Source of the DNA: Macrostomum lignano
Lineage: Eukaryota
Assembly (NCBI GenBank): GCA_002269645.1
Contig: NIVC01000583.1
Coordinates: 1 to 64,000, forward strand
DNA: 64,000 bases
Reading direction: 5' to 3'
A model generated the notes under the pieces. That model made no database searches and was not told the DNA's origin. It was given only the letters and a program-made list of their open reading frames with translations. A program made the position numbers and the translations under genes. Shown here one piece after another: positions 28,082 through 37,752 of the stretch (the first letter of the stretch is position 1; every line of letters starts with the position of its first letter).

Positions 28082-29063
28082 TGTAGAGAACTGTAAATTA
28101 TAACAAAACGCACTACTTAAAGTAATATTCTAACTAAATCAATTTAAACTCGCAATCTATTTTTAGAATGAGTCATATTTATTTTTAGAAATTCTATTTT
28201 TAGAATGAGTCACATGCAAACAGAAGTGACTCAGAGCCCTACGTAGGACCGACGTTTATTTGATCAAGAAACCGGTTCTCGTGAGTTTTATTTGCTTAAT
28301 TCCATATATGGTAATGATCAAACATTCATGACCTCCTAATCAAACATACGTGACCTAAGTAAATAACCGATTTTGAACCAGTTTTTCACCAACATTTTAC
28401 TATAAATATAAGCGAAAATCCGAGTCAAAAATTCAGACTCGGAGCGGTCTCAAGAAAGACTTTGGAATACGTTAACCAAAGAAGACTCATCTCTGAGAGA
28501 AGAAATCCGGATAGATTGGTAAGCGTTTACCCGAATTAGTTAATTGTTACTAGCGCTAATAAGTTAATTAATTGAATTTACGAGAGCCACTTTTGTCGAC
28601 ACATTTGAGAAAGGCCTCCTTGTTTCCTAGGATACATTCCTAGAGGATTTATTGATTTGAATTGAGTTACCCGTTACGTTTCGGACGTAACGAAGAAGAC
28701 GCCCTTCAGGAGGACCTATTACAGACAGTTAGAGAATTCAATTGTTCATAAGGGCGCACGTGTACGTTCTATTGTTCATTCCGAGCTCGAGGACCGTCAA
28801 GAATTCTGATTCGCTCTCGTGTTGGTCGACCCACAGATAAAGTTAAGGACTCCAAGAAACAACAGTTGTTCACCGGAACCGGCCGCCGCCCAGCTCAGCC
28901 AAGTCAGACAGCGCTGCCCACTACAAGAACCAGACGTCTACAAACCACTAGAGGATCCGCCGCAGTAAGTTATCCGACTTGTAGATACCTAGGCACTTGT
29001 TCCCCAGTGTCTAGAAGTGGGAGTTTATTGAGTGACTGATCACCACTCAATATAAACTCTTCA
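28082..29063 (+). repeat. 5' LTR of the nested element
   Basis: Direct repeat of 38602-39583; TATA-like TATAAAT at 28401. Confidence 0.97.
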
Positions 29064-29515
29064 ACTGGTGATCTCGCCCAGGCTCCAGGCCTAACTCAGG
29101 CTCAATCTGAGGCCTATTCTAGGCACGTCAGGCTAATTCAAGCCAGACCAGGCGGGACTGCTAAAAACACCTGGACAAAAATTAAATTTTTTTTATTGCG
29201 TAACCCTACTGAATTTTTCGTGCCGCCCTACGATTGTTTGCATATAGACTCTTTGATTCACCGCATACCGTTTGCACCACTCAGCTGTTAAATTTTGTGA
29301 ATATCTCATTTCAATCACCCCCTTTCTCTTTGGTAAAGGCGTTATATAGAAAAATTTTCCCCTTGCCTTTTTCGCTTCCTCCTGAGTAAATAACAGCCGC
29401 GCGTGCACACACACACACATACACACACACTTGCTCACCACTTTGAGAGGTCAATCTGGAAAATCCTTTGGAAATTGACCCCAATCTTGACTTGCTGCCA
29501 TTTCCATTTGGAAAT

Positions 29516-32500
29516 ATGGCTCGAAGAAACCCTACAGTGCATCGCGATGTCAAGGAAACTGTTGGAATGTATACTATGGATAAGGATTTTAACACCTTCA
29601 TTGAACACTTTGACCTTGTAACTCGCGAATACGGATTACAAAATCCAGAAAAGGCACTTCTTCTTCCTCCACTGCTAGAAGGCACTGCCAGAGAAATTTA
29701 TGGCAAACTAAATGCTGCTGCTCAGCAAGACTATCATACCTTAGTTACGCAACTAAGAACACAATTCGCCAGATGTGGAACCAATCGATCTGTGCTTCTA
29801 CACAAACTTCATAATCGAAAAATGAGTCCGACGGAATCCTTCCTTACTTTCGTCGATGACGTCCGCAAAATTATTAAAGCGTTGCACCAACCACCACCGC
29901 CGAACCCAGGAGCTCAACCTATCGGACCAGCAGAACTAGCTGCAAGAGAAAGACAACGTCTTGCTGATCAAGAACAAAGCCTAATCCTCCATGTCATTAA
30001 TAATGCTCAACCTTCCCTGCGAGACAGGTTGTTAAGAGAAACCATTGAGACAGAAGAACAACTAATTCGTTGCGGCATGCAATGGGAAGCAAGTGCCCCA
30101 CTGCTAACTTCTCGTAGTAGTGATACAACACAATTGGCAGAACAATTAAGCAAGCTGATGCAGCAACACCAAACTTCTGCGATCATGCTACAGCGACAGA
30201 GATACACTTCGCCACCCACTTGCTACACCTGTGGAAGAATTGGTCATTACGCCAGAGACTGCCGATCACGTGGCAATCCAAGACAATATTACGACAACAG
30301 AAGAAAAATTTGGACTCGTCCTCAAAATCGCAATTGGAACCCACCACAGAATAGACAAGGAAATGCCTTGGTGCCTTACCGACAACAGAGAAATCCTCCT
30401 CCTCCAAGACAGCCTACTCAGGTCCGCAGACAATATGCTCAAGCTATTGAGCCGGAATACACCCAAGTCATTGAACCAGAGTTTAAGATAGAAGACCTTA
30501 TGCCGGATTTCACAATCAATGTCCTTGAGGAGTTTGAAAAACGAAAGGATAGCACAAGCAGCGAAAGTAGCTGCATGATGGATTCTCTGTTAGAAGAAGA
30601 TCCACCCATTCCTACCTCTTCCAAAGCAAGTCCAGTCTTCCGAGAAAACAAAAGACAACAACAAGCTACTCCTAAGCAACAAAGCAATTTATTTAAAGTT
30701 CCGACGATCAATAATCTTTCGGAAACTCACAGAGAGAACGAGTCCCAGGATCTTAAAGAAATACCAACACTCGAAGAAGACAGAGACCCAGCAACTTTTC
30801 AAAACATATTTGAAGAAAGCGTTGACATGTTGCAGATCCTAGTCGATGATATAGACCTGTCAGAAACACCTCCAACACAGGAACCAGACTATGAAAATAT
30901 TGTCTCCCCTCGTCCAGCCCAAGAACATTGGAGACATGACAAGGCCACGAACACTGAATCAAGCCATTTGACACACGAAAAGTTCGCACAGACAGAGGAT
31001 GACACTTATGTTTCCATGAACATAGATAACGAAAGCGACTATGATGACCCGATAACAATAATGGAACCGGCTAACAATCCAACTTTTAACAATAAAACCA
31101 CACATCTTACCGATGTATCGAAACCAGGCGAATTTACTCGTCCGATGTGGCAAGCGCAGCTACCTACACCATTACCATGCTCCAACAAGTGGCACTTTTC
31201 GACTCGCCTTACTCCTCCGCCGTATCCTGAAGATAGTCATGACGAGATTGAAGACACTCCACCAGTACCAACAAGACGAAAGAAAAAACATCCGCTACTG
31301 CAATGCTTCCTCACGATCTTGATGATGGCAATTGTTCCCACGGTACTGCCGTCTCCATCTCCAATGATCTGTCCCACTGATGGAGACATCCAGCCAGTCA
31401 TTTACAAGATTCCTACGGAAATCAAATGCAGTTACTTTAAGACAAACCAAACCAAGCCGCTACCACTAACTATCGAAATATACAAGGCAAATACAAAGAA
31501 GCATCGACAAATGGGAATTGTGTGCTTCAGAGATAAGGATGAAATTGAAAAGGTTTGGCTAGTACAATGGAACCGAATCAGATACTGGCAAACTTCGATG
31601 ATGGTATCACATGAGGAATGTCTTCAATGGAACCAAACCTTGTTTTCTAAGGATGGCGAATTAAAACTCCATGAGACGTCCGCCAGTGGAGCACAACTAT
31701 TCCGCACGAATAACGTAGCCTATGGAAGATACGTCCATTATCATCAAGCGCAATGGCCTGCATACACAGTCTACAACAGCTACCTCATCCGAAATGTCTT
31801 ATTCTACCACAATCCATTTGACAACATGGAATCCATGCAGCTACCACTTGACCAGTGTCACTACAGCTCAGGATATTGTGCTACCTCTAACTACAACAAA
31901 GAAGAAGCTCAAAATTTACCCCTAGCACCGACTTATTTCCACGACTATCGATACCAAATTGAATACAGATCGGATTCCCGCTATGAGGAGCCTAGCCGAA
32001 CCCGCAAATATTTCATTGCATGGGAAGTTAAAACTGAAATTGACTGCAAGCTACAAAAATATCACACTGTTAAAGGAAAATTGCTATCTAACACCTTCCT
32101 TGCCGACTCAGGAGATCTCGCTCTTACATTTCCTAAGCAACCAAGCTACACACACTTGAAATGTAAAGACAAGGACGAGCAACTAATCCTCTCCGACCAA
32201 GAAATCCCAATCGTGCTTAAGGATATGGATAAGAATGTGTTCCTGAAAGTAGTAAATGGAACCTATCCGAGAGAAGATATTACAGAACGACATAAGCGAG
32301 ACCTACCGAAGCCTTCCCTAGTGTCAGCACGACTTTTGGCAGCAAAACTAGCCGCTATGGAACATAAGCTGCACAAGCAACTGAACTATTTACACCGATC
32401 TATGGTCAAACTGACATGCCGAATGCATGAAACCAGTCTAAATTACGCAAGACAGAACTATTATGTCAATCCCACGACGACCTTCAGGAAAATCACAGGG

Positions 32501-35500
32501 ATTGAAAACGTCTTGGCAATTCCGGTTTACGGATATTTGTTAATCTACAAGTGCACACCGATCCAACATTTCAACATTTTGCCAGCAAATACGACAACAA
32601 CCTGCTACGATAAACCTCGAATTGAAGCATTTTTCAATGGAAGGCGAATCCGAGGATTTCTGGACACTGTCCACAATATCATCGTTGGAACTGCCATTCC
32701 AAGACCATGTACCAACGCAGCCAACTACTTCAATTTAAACGATCTACTTCACCAGATTTCATCGGCAGGCAATATAAAGAATATCTCAAACTCGCAAGCT
32801 ATTATAGACGAGACATATGAAATATCGGACCTTCAAGTAAAATTTAACAAAACGATGTACAAACCTTTTGGAGATGTTAAGCTGGACGAAATTACCCCAG
32901 GATGGACTATCAACGATTTCCTGCAAGTCTTCATTTCACAACGACAGGTCCTAACAAAACTGTTCACGAAACGACAGCAACGAGATCCAAATCGACCTAC
33001 ATCTCCGATAGGAATGACTATGCACAATGCCATTCAATCGTTTTGGTCGAATAGCTTTCTAGACCTAATACAAGGGCGAGGAAGCCTATACCAAGGTTTT
33101 CTTTTCTCCAGCGCTTGCATTGTATGGATCCACCTAGCGCTACTCATTCTTGTCACAGTAGCCCGATGCGCAGCAAGAAATTGTCCACAAACTCGAGGCA
33201 TCTTTCAAATAATCAAACAAACAGAAACTACCACTACAGGAGAAGAACCAACCGAGGAAACACCTATGCAAGTTCAAGAAATTAGACCAGAACCTAACGC
33301 ACCAGAAACTTCAAACATTTATCCCAGAATCGAATTTAAGCCAGCAATTCCTCCGCAAATGCCGCCTCCACTACCAACCGACCCAAAATGGCCAGCTAAT
33401 TACGTCTGCACTCTCCAAGCCAACATGGGAAGAGCAATGGCTCAAGTACTTGTCAACAACACGCCCAGCAAAGCACTACTTGATTCCGGAAGTTCCATTA
33501 CAGTCATCACCAGGAGACTGTATGATAAGCTACAACTTCGAATGCGACCATCATCCATCGCTGTTGCTGGAGCAGGTGGACACGCGCTTAATATCCTTGG
33601 ACAAGTTGGGATTATGCTCAAGCTGGCAAATAAACAACTTCCTGTTCAAGCGTTTGTTATTGACCACCTCCCAAGTCAAGATGTTATCATTGGAATCGAC
33701 ACATTTCGACAACTGAATCTACCGTTGACATTTGACTTCAACAAACAGACATTCAAACTGGACAATGTAGAACACCCTTTGGTCAGCCAGGTCCATCTCC
33801 AACCTAAAGTTCATCTGCGACAAGATGTCTTCATACAGCCACAAAGCACTTGTTGGGTTAAGGCACATTTGGCAAGTAACGAAGATGTTGAAGAAGCTAT
33901 GATTTTCGAACCAAGAAAGAAACTACTAACAACAAAGGAAGTTCTAATTCCAACAGCATTGGTTCTTATTAACTCAGAAAAAACAATTCCGGTACAGATT
34001 GTCAACCCTCACCAACATCCCGTTAAGATCTACGCGAAAACCTGCATTGGATATCTTAATACACAAGCCTCCGTTATGCTTATCCAACATACGACAACAA
34101 GGATGTCAAAGCAACAGTTCTTGAAACAAATTGATCTCTCGCAAAGTCCAATCACGGAAGGACAAAAAACACAGGTCAGAGATCTACTTTGGAAGTACAA
34201 TGACGTCTTCTGTCATCATGATTACGACATTGGTCGCGCTCGTGACATCAAGCAGAAAATCGAACTACTACCCCACCAGGAACCCATCCAATGCAAACCA
34301 TACCCAGTCGCAAAACATCTGCAGCAACATTTCGATGAAATCATCGAGAAAATGCTCAAGGCCGGAATCATCAAAAGAACAGTTTCGGCATATTCATCAC
34401 CGTGTCTACTAGTTGAAAAGAAGGAAACAAATGAAAGACGACTTGTCTGTGACTTTCGAGTCTTAAATAAATACATCCCCACAGACCAACAAAGTCTACC
34501 AAAGATTTCGGAACTATTGGCACGACTGAACACAGCTACCCTCTTCACCGTATTTGATCTGAGACATGGCTTCTGGCAAATTGAACTTGAAGAAGAATCA
34601 AAACAATACACAGCATTCAAGACTTACAAGGGAGAAGTCTTCGCCTATCAGAGAAGCCCAATGGGGATTTCCAACTCCCCAGCAACCATGAGCCGCTTAA
34701 CAGCCTACATGCTAGCGGGATGTACGAACCTACTGCATTACGTAGACGATATCCTCGCCTTCGGAGATAATTTCGAACAACTACTGAACGTCATGGAACA
34801 AGCTCTCTCACTCCTTCAAAAACAAGGCCTAAAACTACAACCTACAAAGTGCAAATTCTGCAGAGACTCAGTCCGATATCTAGGACATCATGTCTCCGCA
34901 AGAGGAATTTCACCTGACCCTAATAACGTCGAAAAGGTCAAGAAGTTCCCCAAGCCTACAACACTTACAAAACTACAATCATTCCTTGGATTAGCACAGT
35001 ACTTCAGAAAATTCCTACCAAACTTCGCGCAAACCGCAAAGCCATTATATGAGTTGTTGAAGTTTCCCAAATGGAAGGAAGAAAATTGGAAAACGGAACA
35101 GCAAAACAGTTTTGATAAAATTAAACAGCAACTAACCAGCGACGCTCTGCTCAAACATCCAGACTTCCAAAAACCTTTTATTATCGAAACAGACGCATCA
35201 GGAAGTGGCTTAGGAGCTGTACTACTTCAAGAAACAGACCAGAAAAAGGAAAAACCAGTTGCTTTCATCAGCCGAGCCCTACGGCCGAACGAAACAAAAT
35301 GGTCAGCCACCGAACGTGAACTACTAGCGATCTTATTCGCCCTTCGACAGTTTCATTACTACATATACGGATCACCGCTACCAACCATCATCCGCACAGA
35401 CCACGCACCGCTGACTCATGTCGTCAAAACAAAAGGACAAACGAATAACAGACTTATTCGAATGGTCCTCAAAATTCAGGACTACAACTTTCATCTTGTC

Positions 35501-36955
35501 TACAAACCAGGACCTACAAACAAGGCCGCGGATGCGCTATCAAGAGCATATGAAGTCAATGCGGTTCACCCCATCCCGACAATGACGGATCTACTGAAAG
35601 CACAACAAGAAGATAATTTCTACCAAGCTGTACTCGATGACACAGAAGAAACCGAAAAATCGCTCACCAAGATCGAAAAGAAATTTTTACGGAAGCAAAG
35701 CAACAATCTCATCTTCAAAGAACTAGCACTTTACTGGTTGCACAACAATACTCCAAGATTGTACCTACCATACAACTATCGTGCTACAATCTTACACGAA
35801 CTACACGACACACCTCTAGCCGGACACCTATCCGCCAAAAAAACAATTCACAGGATAGCCCAGTTTTACTTCTGGCCAACAATGAATGCAGACATCCGCA
35901 AGTACTGTCTACAATGCCACTCATGCGCCTCGACAAAGACTGGAAGAAGACAAAAACCGGAACTTCAATCCGTACCAAAAACGACTACATGGGACACGTT
36001 ATCACTTGATATTACCGGACCACTACCACCAGCTCGACAACATGCTATCGATTACACTTATATCCTCACGGCACTAGACGTGTTTTCTAAATTTGCTGTT
36101 GCCATCCCACTACCTGACATCACAGCCACTACCGTTGCTATGGCCTTCTACAATGAAATCATCTGCAAATACGGAACTCCAAAGACCTTAACCTCCGACA
36201 ATGGTACGCAATTTACGTCGCAACTATTCCAACAAGCGGCTAAACTACTAAACATCCAACAAATTTTCACCTCCACCTACAATCCAAAAGCGAACCTAGT
36301 AGAACGATTCCATAGAAATCTACACGAAATGTTGACACACTTCGTCTATAAGCAGCCTGAAGATTGGATCATATATCTACAGTCAGTAACAATGGCCTAC
36401 AACAGCGCAGTGCACCGCTCAACAGAGAACACACCATTCTTCCTTATGTTCTCTCGAGACTTCCAGCCACCAAGCTTACTAGTTCAAAAACTACTACCTT
36501 CTCAGTACGTGGACAAGCCAACAACACTGCAAAAGTTTACTTCACAGCTTCACCTGGCATGGCAAATCGCGAAACACAATTTAGAAAATCAACAGGCAGT
36601 CGCCACCACAAGCAATCATGCATCTACTCTACAAGTAGGAGACATCGTTTACCTACATTATCCTGCGCAACACACGCATAAGCACGCCTTTAAATACAAA
36701 GGACCATTCCGAGTAACGGCACTAGTATCGGCAACAACGGCACGTCTTGCTAATATCCAGGATCCGCATCAGGCTCAATTCTATGTTCACATTCAACGCC
36801 TAAAACGTATCACCAACGACACTACGTTTCTTCCAGAACTACAAAATCCAGATCACACAAAAACAGCAAGCAAACACATTGCTACAGCACATGCCGAAAC
36901 ACAAACAACAAACGCACCACCTATCGGCCATACGTACAATCTAAGACCCCGTTAA
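29516..36955 (+). CDS. Single Gag-Env-Pol polyprotein (2479 aa from the first ATG; the frame is open from 29468)
   Basis: CCHC knuckle CYTCGRIGHYARDC (~30220); hydrophobic signal-like segment (~31290); RHKR (32288); TM segment (~33090-33160); protease LLDSGS (~33475); RT YVDD (~34740); RNase H IETDASGSGLGAVL; integrase HELH..H..C..CHSC, LDITGP, SDNG.QF and GPF motif. Confidence 0.95.
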   Translation: MARRNPTVHRDVKETVGMYTMDKDFNTFIEHFDLVTREYGLQNPEKALLLPPLLEGTAREIYGKLNAAAQQDYHTLVTQLRTQFARCGTNRSVLLHKLHNRKMSPTESFLTFVDDVRKIIKALHQPPPPNPGAQPIGPAELAARERQRLADQEQSLILHVINNAQPSLRDRLLRETIETEEQLIRCGMQWEASAPLLTSRSSDTTQLAEQLSKLMQQHQTSAIMLQRQRYTSPPTCYTCGRIGHYARDCRSRGNPRQYYDNRRKIWTRPQNRNWNPPQNRQGNALVPYRQQRNPPPPRQPTQVRRQYAQAIEPEYTQVIEPEFKIEDLMPDFTINVLEEFEKRKDSTSSESSCMMDSLLEEDPPIPTSSKASPVFRENKRQQQATPKQQSNLFKVPTINNLSETHRENESQDLKEIPTLEEDRDPATFQNIFEESVDMLQILVDDIDLSETPPTQEPDYENIVSPRPAQEHWRHDKATNTESSHLTHEKFAQTEDDTYVSMNIDNESDYDDPITIMEPANNPTFNNKTTHLTDVSKPGEFTRPMWQAQLPTPLPCSNKWHFSTRLTPPPYPEDSHDEIEDTPPVPTRRKKKHPLLQCFLTILMMAIVPTVLPSPSPMICPTDGDIQPVIYKIPTEIKCSYFKTNQTKPLPLTIEIYKANTKKHRQMGIVCFRDKDEIEKVWLVQWNRIRYWQTSMMVSHEECLQWNQTLFSKDGELKLHETSASGAQLFRTNNVAYGRYVHYHQAQWPAYTVYNSYLIRNVLFYHNPFDNMESMQLPLDQCHYSSGYCATSNYNKEEAQNLPLAPTYFHDYRYQIEYRSDSRYEEPSRTRKYFIAWEVKTEIDCKLQKYHTVKGKLLSNTFLADSGDLALTFPKQPSYTHLKCKDKDEQLILSDQEIPIVLKDMDKNVFLKVVNGTYPREDITERHKRDLPKPSLVSARLLAAKLAAMEHKLHKQLNYLHRSMVKLTCRMHETSLNYARQNYYVNPTTTFRKITGIENVLAIPVYGYLLIYKCTPIQHFNILPANTTTTCYDKPRIEAFFNGRRIRGFLDTVHNIIVGTAIPRPCTNAANYFNLNDLLHQISSAGNIKNISNSQAIIDETYEISDLQVKFNKTMYKPFGDVKLDEITPGWTINDFLQVFISQRQVLTKLFTKRQQRDPNRPTSPIGMTMHNAIQSFWSNSFLDLIQGRGSLYQGFLFSSACIVWIHLALLILVTVARCAARNCPQTRGIFQIIKQTETTTTGEEPTEETPMQVQEIRPEPNAPETSNIYPRIEFKPAIPPQMPPPLPTDPKWPANYVCTLQANMGRAMAQVLVNNTPSKALLDSGSSITVITRRLYDKLQLRMRPSSIAVAGAGGHALNILGQVGIMLKLANKQLPVQAFVIDHLPSQDVIIGIDTFRQLNLPLTFDFNKQTFKLDNVEHPLVSQVHLQPKVHLRQDVFIQPQSTCWVKAHLASNEDVEEAMIFEPRKKLLTTKEVLIPTALVLINSEKTIPVQIVNPHQHPVKIYAKTCIGYLNTQASVMLIQHTTTRMSKQQFLKQIDLSQSPITEGQKTQVRDLLWKYNDVFCHHDYDIGRARDIKQKIELLPHQEPIQCKPYPVAKHLQQHFDEIIEKMLKAGIIKRTVSAYSSPCLLVEKKETNERRLVCDFRVLNKYIPTDQQSLPKISELLARLNTATLFTVFDLRHGFWQIELEEESKQYTAFKTYKGEVFAYQRSPMGISNSPATMSRLTAYMLAGCTNLLHYVDDILAFGDNFEQLLNVMEQALSLLQKQGLKLQPTKCKFCRDSVRYLGHHVSARGISPDPNNVEKVKKFPKPTTLTKLQSFLGLAQYFRKFLPNFAQTAKPLYELLKFPKWKEENWKTEQQNSFDKIKQQLTSDALLKHPDFQKPFIIETDASGSGLGAVLLQETDQKKEKPVAFISRALRPNETKWSATERELLAILFALRQFHYYIYGSPLPTIIRTDHAPLTHVVKTKGQTNNRLIRMVLKIQDYNFHLVYKPGPTNKAADALSRAYEVNAVHPIPTMTDLLKAQQEDNFYQAVLDDTEETEKSLTKIEKKFLRKQSNNLIFKELALYWLHNNTPRLYLPYNYRATILHELHDTPLAGHLSAKKTIHRIAQFYFWPTMNADIRKYCLQCHSCASTKTGRRQKPELQSVPKTTTWDTLSLDITGPLPPARQHAIDYTYILTALDVFSKFAVAIPLPDITATTVAMAFYNEIICKYGTPKTLTSDNGTQFTSQLFQQAAKLLNIQQIFTSTYNPKANLVERFHRNLHEMLTHFVYKQPEDWIIYLQSVTMAYNSAVHRSTENTPFFLMFSRDFQPPSLLVQKLLPSQYVDKPTTLQKFTSQLHLAWQIAKHNLENQQAVATTSNHASTLQVGDIVYLHYPAQHTHKHAFKYKGPFRVTALVSATTARLANIQDPHQAQFYVHIQRLKRITNDTTFLPELQNPDHTKTASKHIATAHAETQTTNAPPIGHTYNLRPR

Positions 36956-37085
36956 AAATTTTCGCTTTTGTTCCCCGTGTAGTGACCGGGATAAAGAATA
37001 GCACTACAGCTTCTTCAAGCTTGTCGTAAGAGGCGACTAAACCTGTTTTTCTACGAGCGTTCACGTAACTTCTAGAAACGCCACC

Positions 37086-37736
37086 ATGGACTGCCCGATT
37101 TGTCTCGAAGACTTTTTATGTAAACTACCTTGTATATGTGTCAATAAACATCAGGTTTGTGGTTCTTGCTTAAGCTTTGCACATTACAAAAAACCTTTTA
37201 AAACTTGCCCTGTATGTAGGGGTAACCTCCGTCAATGCATAATATGCAATTCATGGCGCACTGAACAATATTGCCTAAATCAACATTTTATATGCGCGCA
37301 ATGTATCAAGAAACTTGCTTCTCGCTCCCTCTGCCAATGTCCCATATGCGATGCCACCCCTCTCCCTAAAGTTAACAACAAACTTGCATGTATTCAAGCA
37401 AACTATAAACTGCAGCTTCACCCATTCACTTATGCTCTTTTTCCATCAAATGCGATAATTATACGCCTCAGAGCATGGCCCATACCACGTATTGCTCATA
37501 AAACACGTAAATACCTTGTACGCTATTCATCTCTCTATGGTTTTAGCCTCCGACAATTATCTCCAGAAGAAATTGAACATAAACTGTTTAAAATAGTTAC
37601 GGATAAGGCTCTACATCCATGTCCGATCCTCTGTACAGTTCTACCTGCACTTATTCTGCGTAATGACGACTTATCTTACATATTACCACCCCAAGAATCG
37701 TATCAGTATATTAGTTCCGAATCAGAAAATAATTAA
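37086..37736 (+). CDS. Accessory ORF A: tandem double RING-finger (C3HC4-like) protein, 216 aa
   Basis: CPIC..C...H..C..C..CPVC immediately followed by CIIC..C...H..C..C..CPIC. The ATG sits in a GCCACCATGG Kozak context. Confidence 0.88.
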   Translation: MDCPICLEDFLCKLPCICVNKHQVCGSCLSFAHYKKPFKTCPVCRGNLRQCIICNSWRTEQYCLNQHFICAQCIKKLASRSLCQCPICDATPLPKVNNKLACIQANYKLQLHPFTYALFPSNAIIIRLRAWPIPRIAHKTRKYLVRYSSLYGFSLRQLSPEEIEHKLFKIVTDKALHPCPILCTVLPALILRNDDLSYILPPQESYQYISSESENN

Positions 37737-37752
37737 TATCTTGCCCACAGAT

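Noticed and set aside
29468-29515. TTG start for the polyprotein as given in the ORF track
   Set aside because: Eukaryotic context; the first ATG at 29516 (AATATGG) is the more plausible start.
30007-36681. Short alternative-frame and antisense ORFs within the polyprotein
   Set aside because: They are expected by chance alongside a long coding frame and show no motifs.
37663-37752. 30-aa N-terminal extension of RING ORF B overlapping ORF A
   Set aside because: The paralog begins at M-D-C-P-I-C, and a splice acceptor sits right before ATG 37753.
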